Source: Halodesulfurarchaeum sp. (GTDB taxonomy: Archaea > Halobacteriota > Halobacteria > Halobacteriales > Halobacteriaceae). From it: a DNA stretch of 64,000 nt. The notes under the pieces are model-generated. The model had not been told where the DNA came from. It saw only the letters and a list, made by a program, of their open reading frames with translations, and ran no database searches. The first letter of the stretch is position 1, and every line of letters starts with the position of its first letter. Shown here piece by piece: positions 40,745 through 49,420 of the stretch. The stretch is from assembly GCA_034520565.1 (NCBI GenBank), contig JAXHNL010000002.1, positions 1,120,001-1,184,000 of the forward strand, given 5' to 3'. Made by a program: the position numbers and the translations under genes.

Positions 40745-40775
40745 CGATGGTTTTGTACTATGTGACTGTGTAACA

Positions 40776-41874
40776 ATGACAACCCGTCGCAACTTCCTCC
40801 GGCTCGCGGGAGCCACCGCGGCCGGGGGAGTCATCACCCAGCACTCGACAGATATCGCCCGGGCCCTCGAGCAGGCCACCGATGGGTCAAAAGAGGTCGT
40901 CTGGTTCCAGGGGCAATCCTGTACGGGGTGTACGATTTCGACCCTGCAGGCGGAGTACCCGACTCTCGAGGAGGCCCTGAACGCCTTTCGGCTCGAAGTC
41001 ACCTTCCATCCGACGATCATGGCCCCGGCCGGCGAGCAGGCGATCGAGTCCATGAGCAAGGATCCGGACATCCTCATCGTCGAGGGGTCCATCCCGACGG
41101 AGATCCCGGAGGCGGCGGTGGTCGGCGGGAAAACAGCCGAGGAGTGGGTCACCGAACTCGCGCCCAAGGCGGACATCGTCATCAGCGTGGGGAACTGCGC
41201 GTGCTTTGGCGGCTGGCCGGCGGCGGAGAACAAACGCCGCGTCCACGACCTCGGAAAGAACGTCACGGGCGCTCAGGGGCTGCAATTCGAAAAGCGAGCG
41301 AAGGGCGGGGTACTCGGGACGGACTTCACCGGCGGTGCCGGATTGCCGGTCGTCAACATCAGCGGGTGCCCACCGAACCCGGATTACGTTCTGTTGACCC
41401 TCGCGACGGTTCTGAACGGCCACATTCCGGAACTGGACGAGTACCAGCGCCCGTTGCCGTTCTACGAGCCGCTGATCCACGACAACTGCATGCACCGGGG
41501 TTACTTCGACCGGGGCGAATTCAGCCGACAAACCGGGGGGAAAAGGGTGTCTCCTGAAAGTCGGCTGCAAGGGACCATACACGCACTGTGACGACCAGCA
41601 ACGGCTCTGGAACGACGGAACGAGCGTCTGTCTGAACGTCAGTGCGCCCTGCATCGGGTGCATGGAGCCAGGCTTCTGGGACCGGTTCTCGCCGTTCCAG
41701 CAGGAGATGGAGGGCAGCGCGTTCCTCGGCAACGTCGATGCGACGGACGCCGGAGCGGCCGCCGTCGTCGCCGGCGCTGTCGGGATCGGCGCCCACCTCG
41801 GACGCCGGGCGATGGGATACGGCCATTTCGAGCCCGCAGAGGAAACCGAGCGAGCAGAGGGGAAAGGGGACTGA
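40776..41874 (+). CDS. [NiFe]-hydrogenase small subunit, Tat-exported and membrane-anchored (extra A at 41523)
   Basis: TRRNFL Tat motif, WFQGQSCTGC, GNCACFGG, SGCPP and HDNC; in the +1 frame CLLKVGCKGP...WNDG..VC......CIGCMEPGFWD and a C-terminal TM helix containing His. Confidence 0.93.
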
Positions 41875-41899
41875 GTAATCGGGAGGAACTAACAGGACA

Positions 41900-43432
41900 A
41901 TGCCAGAACTCGACATCAATCCGACGACACGAATCGAAGGCCACCACGGGATCACCCTCCAGCTCGACGAGGACGGGACGGTCACCGAAGCAAAGAGCAA
42001 GATGGAGATGTTTCGGGGGGCGGAGATCGTCACCCTCGGCCGACCGCCCTCGGACGCCCCCCAGATCACGGGAATGGTCTGTGGGGTCTGTTTCCTCTGT
42101 CACCGTCTCTGCTCCTCGAAGGCCGCAGAGGACGCGGCAATGAACGCGGGCGTCTTCGACGGGCCGCCGCGGAACGCCGTGCTCCTCAGGGACGCCGTCG
42201 AGGGGATCTTCTACCTGTGGAACCACGCCGTCCACCTCTTCGCGCTGGTCGGTCCGGACTACAGCGACGCCGTCGCCGGGACCGGGTTCGACCGACTCGA
42301 CCCGCTCGAGGGCGATGGATACATGGGGGCAATGGAGAACCAGCGCAAGATCATGAAGGCCCTCGCGGAGTTCGGCGGCCGTGCACCACATCCCGTCGCC
42401 TACGTGCCCGGCGGGATGGCGACCAGGCCCGACGTATCGACGTTCGAGGCGGTGAAGTCCCGTGTAGCGGAGGTGAGCAACTGGCTCGGACCGACTTCGG
42501 CGGTGCCGGAGGTTCTCGAGAACGTGCTGGCCGGCGAGTTCGACCCGGAACTGGGCGAAGGGCTCCACGACATCGTCTCGATCCTCGCCGCGGCCTATCA
42601 GGAAGGGGCTGCCGACATCGGCGAAGGTCCCGGTCGCTTCTACAGCAACGGGATCTTCGAGAACCCGGATTCGGACGAACTCTTCCTGCGACGAGGCGTC
42701 TACCGGAACGGGTCCCGGGAATTCCTCTCGAAGAGCGAAATCGTCGATGCCATCATGGAGGACACCGAGTACTCCTGGTACACCGACGACTCGGGCGGCT
42801 CGCCGACGGAAGCTGGCCCGCCGAATCCGGCCCCCGACAAGGACGGGGCGTACTCCTGGGGGAAGGCACCCCGCTTCGATGGCGAGTCCATGGAAGTTGG
42901 TCCGCTGGCCCGGATGGTCATCTCGGATTACGACCCCTTCGACCTGCGGGCGGACCTCGGGGGTGGTGCGGAAGAGAGCAATACACTCAACCGGCTGATC
43001 GCCCGCGCCCAGGAGGCCCTGCTCGTCCGCGATCAGGTCCTCGAATGGCTCGACATGATCGACCCGAGCGGGTCGTTCATGGCCGAGGACTGGACCGACG
43101 ACTTCACCGGGAACGGGGTGGGCCTTTTCGAACCGTCCCGCGGCACCCTCTCACACTACATGGACGTCGAGAACGGTGAGATCGAGCGCTACCAGATCAT
43201 CACACCGACGATCTGGAACCTCGGTCCCCGTGACAGCGAGGGCCAGCCGAGTCCGCTCGAAGAGGGGGTCGTCGGCGACGTGGTCGAGGACGTTGACAAT
43301 CCGCTCACCGTCATGCGGACGATCAGGTCGATGGACCCCTGTCTTGCGTGCTCGGTCCACGTGCAGAGCCCCACCGAGGATTACGAGACCTCGGTCGAAC
43401 CGGCCGCGCCTGATATTCCCACGGGGTTGTGA
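41900..43432 (+). CDS. [NiFe]-hydrogenase large subunit (group 1-like)
   Basis: TRIEGH, FRG.E, CGVC...H (L1), FGG..PHP, YSW.KAPR, RG.LSH, PT.WN, DPCLACSVH (L2) and a cleavable C-terminal tail. Confidence 0.96.
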   Translation: MPELDINPTTRIEGHHGITLQLDEDGTVTEAKSKMEMFRGAEIVTLGRPPSDAPQITGMVCGVCFLCHRLCSSKAAEDAAMNAGVFDGPPRNAVLLRDAVEGIFYLWNHAVHLFALVGPDYSDAVAGTGFDRLDPLEGDGYMGAMENQRKIMKALAEFGGRAPHPVAYVPGGMATRPDVSTFEAVKSRVAEVSNWLGPTSAVPEVLENVLAGEFDPELGEGLHDIVSILAAAYQEGAADIGEGPGRFYSNGIFENPDSDELFLRRGVYRNGSREFLSKSEIVDAIMEDTEYSWYTDDSGGSPTEAGPPNPAPDKDGAYSWGKAPRFDGESMEVGPLARMVISDYDPFDLRADLGGGAEESNTLNRLIARAQEALLVRDQVLEWLDMIDPSGSFMAEDWTDDFTGNGVGLFEPSRGTLSHYMDVENGEIERYQIITPTIWNLGPRDSEGQPSPLEEGVVGDVVEDVDNPLTVMRTIRSMDPCLACSVHVQSPTEDYETSVEPAAPDIPTGL

Positions 43433-44469
43433 TGACTGGGGAACAACACGACGGTCAGGACAAAGACACCAAGGGCCAGGACGGGGACTCCGACGGCCGG
43501 GACGGCGACCCTCCCCGAACCGATGGCGGCGTGACGGCGGATGTCGAGGGTGGTGAGTCACCGGGCTGGCTCGCCGGCATCTGGCTCGAACTGGCCAACG
43601 AGCACGAGCGCTTCGAATACCTGAAAAAGGAGGACCGGACGTACCTCGACTTCCACAGCTGGGGGACCATCCTCTCCCACTGGTTGATGGTCCTCTTGAT
43701 GGTGGTCGCGACGGTGACGGGGCTGACGAAGTGGCTCGGCATCTACGGGCCGCTGAAAATCGGGATCTTCGACGGGTATCACGTCGCGTTTCTCGGCCAC
43801 GTCTGGGCCGGGGTGCTTTTGGCCGTGTTCGCCTTTCTGCTGTACCCGTTCTATTCGTTCGTCGTGGACGGGAAATCACCACTGGTCACGACCAAACAGA
43901 TCAAAGAGCAGATCATCGTCGCCCTGGCATTCGTGGGACTCGCGAGTTACATTCCCGGCTATAAGAAGGCGAGACGGACCTACGACGCGGTAAACGAGGA
44001 ATGGGTGGCCCACCACCCGACCCAGAAGGCCTTCTGGTATGCGACGTGGTTTTTCGTCGCCGTCCTGACCCTCACGGGCTTTGCCCTCTGGGAGAGTCTC
44101 TCCTCCGAATCGGTCTGGTGGATCGCGGCACTCGGGTTCATGGAGGGATGGGTGTCCTTCGAGCTGATGCTTCGGATTCACCTGATCGCGACGGTCCTGT
44201 TCTTTGTATCCGTCCTGCTTCACGCGTATTTCCCGCTCGTGCCGTCGAACTGGGATCTGCTGAACACGATGATCCACGGCAAGTTACTCGGCTGGCGCGT
44301 CGACGAGGAGTCAAAGCCCGCCCACCGGGGCGCCGCTCGGTCGAAAGACGCGCTTTCGGGTCCGCTCGCGGGCATCGCGCGGCTTCTGGGAACAGGGCCG
44401 GAACTTCAGGAACAGATGGACGGTCCGGAACCGGATACCGCTGAGCAGCCACCGGAGGACGCGGAGTGA
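43432..44469 (+). CDS. hydrogenase-associated di-heme cytochrome b subunit
   Basis: Four TM helices with His in LSHWL, LGHVWAG, RIHLI and LLHAY; HPTQK..Y..F and MIHG motifs; position in the operon. Confidence 0.88.
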   Translation: MTGEQHDGQDKDTKGQDGDSDGRDGDPPRTDGGVTADVEGGESPGWLAGIWLELANEHERFEYLKKEDRTYLDFHSWGTILSHWLMVLLMVVATVTGLTKWLGIYGPLKIGIFDGYHVAFLGHVWAGVLLAVFAFLLYPFYSFVVDGKSPLVTTKQIKEQIIVALAFVGLASYIPGYKKARRTYDAVNEEWVAHHPTQKAFWYATWFFVAVLTLTGFALWESLSSESVWWIAALGFMEGWVSFELMLRIHLIATVLFFVSVLLHAYFPLVPSNWDLLNTMIHGKLLGWRVDEESKPAHRGAARSKDALSGPLAGIARLLGTGPELQEQMDGPEPDTAEQPPEDAE

Positions 44470-45014
44470 CCATGGCCGGATCAGGCAAGACGGATGGCGT
44501 GGCCGGACCCGCCCGGACCCCGATCGCCCAGGAGGACGAGACGGCCACGGAACTGGCGGTCGTCGCCGTCGGGAATCCGATCATGGGCGACGACGGCGTC
44601 GGTGCCAAGGTGGTGGAGGCCCTCGAAGCGACGGCAGTCGGGGACCGCCCCGACGTCACGCTCGCGAACGGCGGGACGACGGCCTTCTTTGCGCTGGAGG
44701 CGATGAGTGGCTGCAAACGGGCAATCGTCGTGGATGCTATCTCCACCGGCGCCGAGCCGGGGACCGTCCAGACGTATCGGTACGTCGACGGGGCCTTCGA
44801 GGACGATATTCCGGAGATGACGATGCACGACTTCTCCTTCGCCGAGGCCCTCCGCGCCGGTCGGGAGGCCTACGACCTCCCCGCTGAAGTGCTCGTCTTC
44901 GGGGTCGAACCGAAGCGGATCGAGATGTCCATGGAGTTGAGCGAACCGATCGACCGAACCGTCCCGACCCTGGTGGAACTGGTCCGTGATGAACTCCCCG
45001 AGCGGCCATCGTGA
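44466..45014 (+). CDS. hydrogenase maturation protease (HycI/HyaD family)
   Basis: VGNPIMGDDGVG, GGT, VVDA, GAEPG, MHD and GVEP. Confidence 0.93.
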   Translation: MTMAGSGKTDGVAGPARTPIAQEDETATELAVVAVGNPIMGDDGVGAKVVEALEATAVGDRPDVTLANGGTTAFFALEAMSGCKRAIVVDAISTGAEPGTVQTYRYVDGAFEDDIPEMTMHDFSFAEALRAGREAYDLPAEVLVFGVEPKRIEMSMELSEPIDRTVPTLVELVRDELPERPS

Positions 45015-45129
45015 CCCCTGTTCGCCCGGTATCGTTAAGCCGCCGGCGACGTCATTCGCCAAGCAGGAGACTATCATATGTCAACATGTACCCCACGAAT
45101 ACTCGACCATCGGACGAGGTGAATGAAGG

Positions 45130-45336
45130 ATGACCACGATCTGGTACTGCACCGACTGTGAGACCCGAATCGACTCGGAGACAGTCGAGGACCACGAGTC
45201 CCGCGGCCACCACGTCAAGGGGACGATCCGCCCCGACAGACTCCTCGGCAACGACCCGTGGAACATGCAGGTCGAGGTCGACGGCACACTCGACACGAAG
45301 CCGCGGGTGTCACCCGATGAGGGAGGTGAGGACTGA
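45130..45336 (+). CDS. CxxC/His micro-protein upstream of hypC
   Basis: MTTIWYCTDCETRIDSETVEDHESRGHHVKG...; typical codon usage; its stop overlaps the hypC start (TGATG). Confidence 0.7.
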   Translation: MTTIWYCTDCETRIDSETVEDHESRGHHVKGTIRPDRLLGNDPWNMQVEVDGTLDTKPRVSPDEGGED

Positions 45337-45741
45337 TGTGTCTGGGAATACCGGGTGAGATCATCGAGATCGACGGCCAGACGGCCCGGGCGAAGTTCTG
45401 GAACGTCGAGAAGGCGGTCCGAGCTCGACATCGTCGGCGACGACGTCGAGGTCGGGGACTACGTCCTCAACCACGCCGGCTTCGCGATCCGGAAGATTCC
45501 GGACGACGAGGTGAGCGAGACGATGGACCTCTATGAGTCACTGTTGAGTGGCGACGAGGAGGACGCCCTCGAGGAGATCGGCGCGACCGACGCCACCCTG
45601 GAGTTCGGCGATCGGCCGGCCGCATTGGACGAAAACGACCAGTCGGTGACATCGACGGACCGGACTCCCCAGGGCCCTGGCGACGCCAGAACGGGCACCC
45701 AGGACCGCGGTCGCGAACCGACACCCGATATCGATGAATAG
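45336..45741 (+). CDS. hypC: HypC/HybG chaperone with acidic C-terminal extension (extra base near 45422)
   Basis: MCLGIPG, then in the shifted frame LDIVGDDVEVGDYVLNHAGFAI; GGAGGTGA SD upstream. Confidence 0.92.
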
Positions 45742-46840
45742 CGACCAACCGCTCCAGTTCCGGAATCCCGCACAGGCCGAGCAGTTGGCCGACCGCCTCG
45801 AGACGCTGATGGCCGAGATCGACGAGCCGGTCACCCTGATGCACGTCTGTGGCTCACACGAGCAGGCCATCGCGAAGTTCGGCCTCCGGAGCCTGCTTCC
45901 GGACGGGCTTTCGGTTCGAATGGGTCCGGGTTGCCCGGTCTGTGTGACGAACATGCCGGAGGTGGACGAGGCGGTCGACGTCGCAGAGCAGGGCGCGATC
46001 GTCGCGACCTACGGGGACATGTTCCGGGTTCCGGGGACGAAGAAGAGTCTCGCTGACGCCCGCGCCGATGGGGCCGACGTCGAAGTGGTCTACTCCGCCA
46101 GCGAGGCGGTCGAACTCGCCGAGGAGCAACCCGATCGGGAGGTCGTGTTCTTCGCGACCGGCTTCGAGACCACGGCCGCGCCGACGGCGGCGATCCTCGC
46201 GGCCGAGCCGCCCGAGAACTTCTCGGTCCTCTCCGCGCACAAGTACGTTCCGCCGGCGATGGAGGTCGTCGCCGAGATGCCGGACGTGGACATCGATGGT
46301 TTTCTGGCGGCCGGCCACGCCGCCACGATCACGGGCTATGGCCTGTTCGAACCGTTCGTCGAGGAGTTCGACCTGCCGATCGTCGTCGGGGGCTTCGAAC
46401 CGGTCGACGTGCTCCTCGGGATCGAACGGCTGCTCGAGTACATCGAGGCGGACGTCGCCGGGCTGGAGAACGCCTATCCCCGCTGTGTCACCGAGGAGGG
46501 CAATCGGGACGCCATCGAGACGATGTGGTCGGTCTTCGAGAAGACCGCCGGCGAGTGGCGCGGGATCGCCGAGATCCCGGGAGCGAACCTCGTGCTCCGG
46601 GAGGAGTACGCCGAGTACGACACGCGTGCACGCTTCGATATCGAGCCTGACACCGGGGACCTCGACCCGTTGACCGAACAGTGCATCTGTGGGGACATCA
46701 TGGCCGGCAAGGCCGACCCCGACGAGTGTGACCTGTTCGGCGAGGAGTGTACGCCGGGCAATCCAGTCGGCGCCTGTATGGTGAGCAGCGAAGGGACCTG
46801 CAAGATCTGGCACGAGTACGGCGGCCATCCGGACCTCTAA
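45734..46840 (+). CDS. hypD: hydrogenase maturation protein HypD
   Basis: MHVCGSHE, GPGCPVCVT, GFETTAP, AGH, GFEP and PVGACMVSSEGTC. Confidence 0.96.
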   Translation: MNSDQPLQFRNPAQAEQLADRLETLMAEIDEPVTLMHVCGSHEQAIAKFGLRSLLPDGLSVRMGPGCPVCVTNMPEVDEAVDVAEQGAIVATYGDMFRVPGTKKSLADARADGADVEVVYSASEAVELAEEQPDREVVFFATGFETTAAPTAAILAAEPPENFSVLSAHKYVPPAMEVVAEMPDVDIDGFLAAGHAATITGYGLFEPFVEEFDLPIVVGGFEPVDVLLGIERLLEYIEADVAGLENAYPRCVTEEGNRDAIETMWSVFEKTAGEWRGIAEIPGANLVLREEYAEYDTRARFDIEPDTGDLDPLTEQCICGDIMAGKADPDECDLFGEECTPGNPVGACMVSSEGTCKIWHEYGGHPDL

Positions 46841-46842
46841 CG

Positions 46843-47958
46843 ATGACAGGAGACACCACTTCCGAACGAGACGGGTCGAAGGACGACGTCGTTACCCTGG
46901 CACACGGCGCCGGTAGTGGCGCGATGCGCTCGCTCCTGCAGGACCTCGTCGTGCCCCGATTTGCCGGCAATGGACAGGGCGAGGTCGACGGGACCGCGTC
47001 GGGGGGCGGGCCGGAAACACAGGCAGCGGGCGACCGAGATATCGGGCTGTCCCAGCTGGACGACGGAGCTGTCCATTCCGTGGGCGAGGACGCTTCCCTC
47101 GTGGTGACGACGGACAGCCACGTTGTGACTCCCCGGTTCTTTCCCGGAGGGGATATCGGTCGCCTTGCAGTCGCCGGAACGGTCAACGATCTGGCCGTCA
47201 TGGGTGCCACCGAACCGGTCACCTTGACCTGCTCGCTCGTTCTCGAGGAGGGAACCCCGACCGCCGACGTGGAGCGAGTGATCGAATCGATGGCCGCTAC
47301 CGCAGAGGATGCGGGAACGGGGATTTCGACCGGTGACACCAAGGTGATGGGGAACGGCGAGGTCGACGGAATCGTCGTCAACACGGCGGGTGTCGCCTAT
47401 GTCGACCGCGAAACGCCGGTGAGCGACGCGGGACTCGAACCCGGCAACGTGATCGTCGTCAGCGGTGCGCTGGGCGATCACGGTATCGCCCTGTTGTCCG
47501 CCCGCGAGGGTTTCGACTTTACCGGCGACCTTGCAAGCGACGTTGCACCGGTAAACGACATCGTCAGAGCGGCCATGGAGGCGGGGACGATCACGGCGAT
47601 GAAGGACCCGACTCGTGGCGGCTTCGCGAATGCGGCAAACGAGATGGCCGAGAAGGGTGACGTGGGAATCGAACTCGACGAGCAGGCCATTCCAGTCTCG
47701 GGGGCGACTGCGTCGGCGGGCGAAGTGCTGGGAATCGACCCCCTCGCGGTGGCAAACGAGGGGAAAGTCGTCTTCGGCGTCGATTCCGAAGACGCGGATG
47801 CGGTACTCGACGCGATCCGGGGCTGTCCCGGCGGCGAAAACGCCGAAATCGTCGGTCACGCCGTCGAGGACCACGTGGGGCGAGTCGTCGTCGATACGGG
47901 ATTCGGCCGCCGCTACCTCACCGAACCGGACGGGGAAGCACTCCCCCGGATCTGCTGA
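46843..47958 (+). CDS. hypE: carbamoyl dehydratase HypE
   Basis: LAHGAG, TTDSHVV.P.FFPGGDIG.LAV.GTVNDL, GDTKV, DPTRGG, ANEGK and C-terminal LPRIC. Confidence 0.96.
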   Translation: MTGDTTSERDGSKDDVVTLAHGAGSGAMRSLLQDLVVPRFAGNGQGEVDGTASGGGPETQAAGDRDIGLSQLDDGAVHSVGEDASLVVTTDSHVVTPRFFPGGDIGRLAVAGTVNDLAVMGATEPVTLTCSLVLEEGTPTADVERVIESMAATAEDAGTGISTGDTKVMGNGEVDGIVVNTAGVAYVDRETPVSDAGLEPGNVIVVSGALGDHGIALLSAREGFDFTGDLASDVAPVNDIVRAAMEAGTITAMKDPTRGGFANAANEMAEKGDVGIELDEQAIPVSGATASAGEVLGIDPLAVANEGKVVFGVDSEDADAVLDAIRGCPGGENAEIVGHAVEDHVGRVVVDTGFGRRYLTEPDGEALPRIC

Positions 47959-48386
47959 TGCACGAGATCAGCGTCGCCCACGGCATCCTCGAACGTGCAC
48001 TCCGGGCCGCCGACGAATACGGCGCCGAGCGGATCGACGAGTTGACCCTGGAAATCGGTCGAGCGACTCACGTCAACCCCGACCAACTCGTGTTCTGTCT
48101 CGAAGCGATCCTGGCGGACACGCCGGCGGACGGCGCAACGATCCGGACAGAGACGGTCGACCCCATCGCCACCTGTGACTGTGGCTTCCGGGACGAGCCG
48201 GACGAACTGGCCCTCGCGGCCGGCTTTGCTCCGGACGTTCGCTGTCCCAACTGCGGCGGCAGGGCGGAACTCGAACAGGGGCGGGAATGCCGACTGGCAA
48301 GCATCGACGTGCCCGACCTGGCGGACGCCTCGCCGTCGGGCGAAAGTGACACACTGCCGGAGAACCGGCCACCACAATCGCAGTGA
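47958..48386 (+). CDS. hypA: nickel metallochaperone HypA
   Basis: MHEISVA, CDC, CPNC and G.E..L.SI. Confidence 0.93.
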   Translation: MHEISVAHGILERALRAADEYGAERIDELTLEIGRATHVNPDQLVFCLEAILADTPADGATIRTETVDPIATCDCGFRDEPDELALAAGFAPDVRCPNCGGRAELEQGRECRLASIDVPDLADASPSGESDTLPENRPPQSQ

Positions 48387-49405
48387 CCACCATGTATCTC
48401 GAAGGACCGACTGGACTGGCCCGCATCGCCGCGTCGAACCGCCGAAACCGTCTCTCGGCGGTGGTTTGGCCGTGGGTGAATCGGTTGCTGAATCGCCATC
48501 GCGGATCGGGAAACACGACGGACCCACCCGTTGTGCACGCCCATCGGCTCGGTCACGAGGACTTCGGGATGAACCTGGACGAGCATGCGGCCGAGGCCGA
48601 CGTGCTCGCGGCGATCCGGGAACGGGCCGGCGAACTCCACGAGACGCTGGTCCACGAACACGACGTGTTCGCCGTCGAATTCGTCGGCAGCACGGGCGGT
48701 GGAAAGACCCGACTGATCGAGGAATTGCTGGAACGAGCGCCAGCGGAGGAACGGATCGGCGCCATCGTCGGAGACGTGGCCGGGGAGGACGACGCGACCC
48801 GGCTCCGGGAGTACGGCATTCAGGTCGAGAACATCAACACGGGCAAGGAGTGCCATCTCGATCCCGAGGGGGTCGGGACGGCCCTCGACACGTTCGATCT
48901 CGATGCCCTCGACACCCTCTACGTGGAGAACGTCGGGAACATGGTCTGTCCGGCGGACTTCCCGCTCGGCGCGAGTCTCCGAATTCTGGTCGTCAGCACG
49001 ACCGAAGGGGACGACGTGGTCGGCAAACACCCGCTTCTCGTTCAGGCGGCCGACGCCGCAGTGGTCAACAAGGTCGACCTCGCTGACGCCGTCGGGACGG
49101 ACCTCGGTCGACTGCGTCGGGATATCAAGCGAGCGGCTCCCGACCTCCCGATCTTCGAAACGAACGCGAAAGACGGCGAGGGAGTCGCCGATCTCGCTGC
49201 CTTCTTGCGCTCGCACCGCCAGGCGGAGGTGGTTCATTCACACACGCACGGGACACGGGGCCACGAATCAGGCGACGCTCATGAAGCAGCGGGCGGGTCT
49301 CCTTCCCGCACGGAGCATGGCCTTTCCCCCGATCACGCTCACCTCCCATCGAATCCGGATGGGGTCCCCCACAGTCACACCGGTCCGGGCGATGATGCGG
49401 AGTAA
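48383..49405 (+). CDS. hypB: nickel-insertion GTPase HypB with His-rich C-terminal tail (start uncertain)
   Basis: GSTGGGKT, NTGKECHLD, ENVGNMVCPADF.LG, STTEGDD...KHP and NKVDL. Confidence 0.94.
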   Translation: MTTMYLEGPTGLARIAASNRRNRLSAVVWPWVNRLLNRHRGSGNTTDPPVVHAHRLGHEDFGMNLDEHAAEADVLAAIRERAGELHETLVHEHDVFAVEFVGSTGGGKTRLIEELLERAPAEERIGAIVGDVAGEDDATRLREYGIQVENINTGKECHLDPEGVGTALDTFDLDALDTLYVENVGNMVCPADFPLGASLRILVVSTTEGDDVVGKHPLLVQAADAAVVNKVDLADAVGTDLGRLRRDIKRAAPDLPIFETNAKDGEGVADLAAFLRSHRQAEVVHSHTHGTRGHESGDAHEAAGGSPSRTEHGLSPDHAHLPSNPDGVPHSHTGPGDDAE

Positions 49406-49420
49406 TCCGCGCCGTCGGCG

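Noticed and set aside
41520-41545. Programmed frameshift at GGGGGGAAAA in the small subunit
   Set aside because: Removing one A at 41523 restores a sensible EFADKPGGKGCL upstream of the run, and many similar indels in the window point to sequencing error.
43330-43360. [NiFeSe] hydrogenase
   Set aside because: The L2 motif codon is TGT (Cys) in DPCLAC, not an in-frame TGA.
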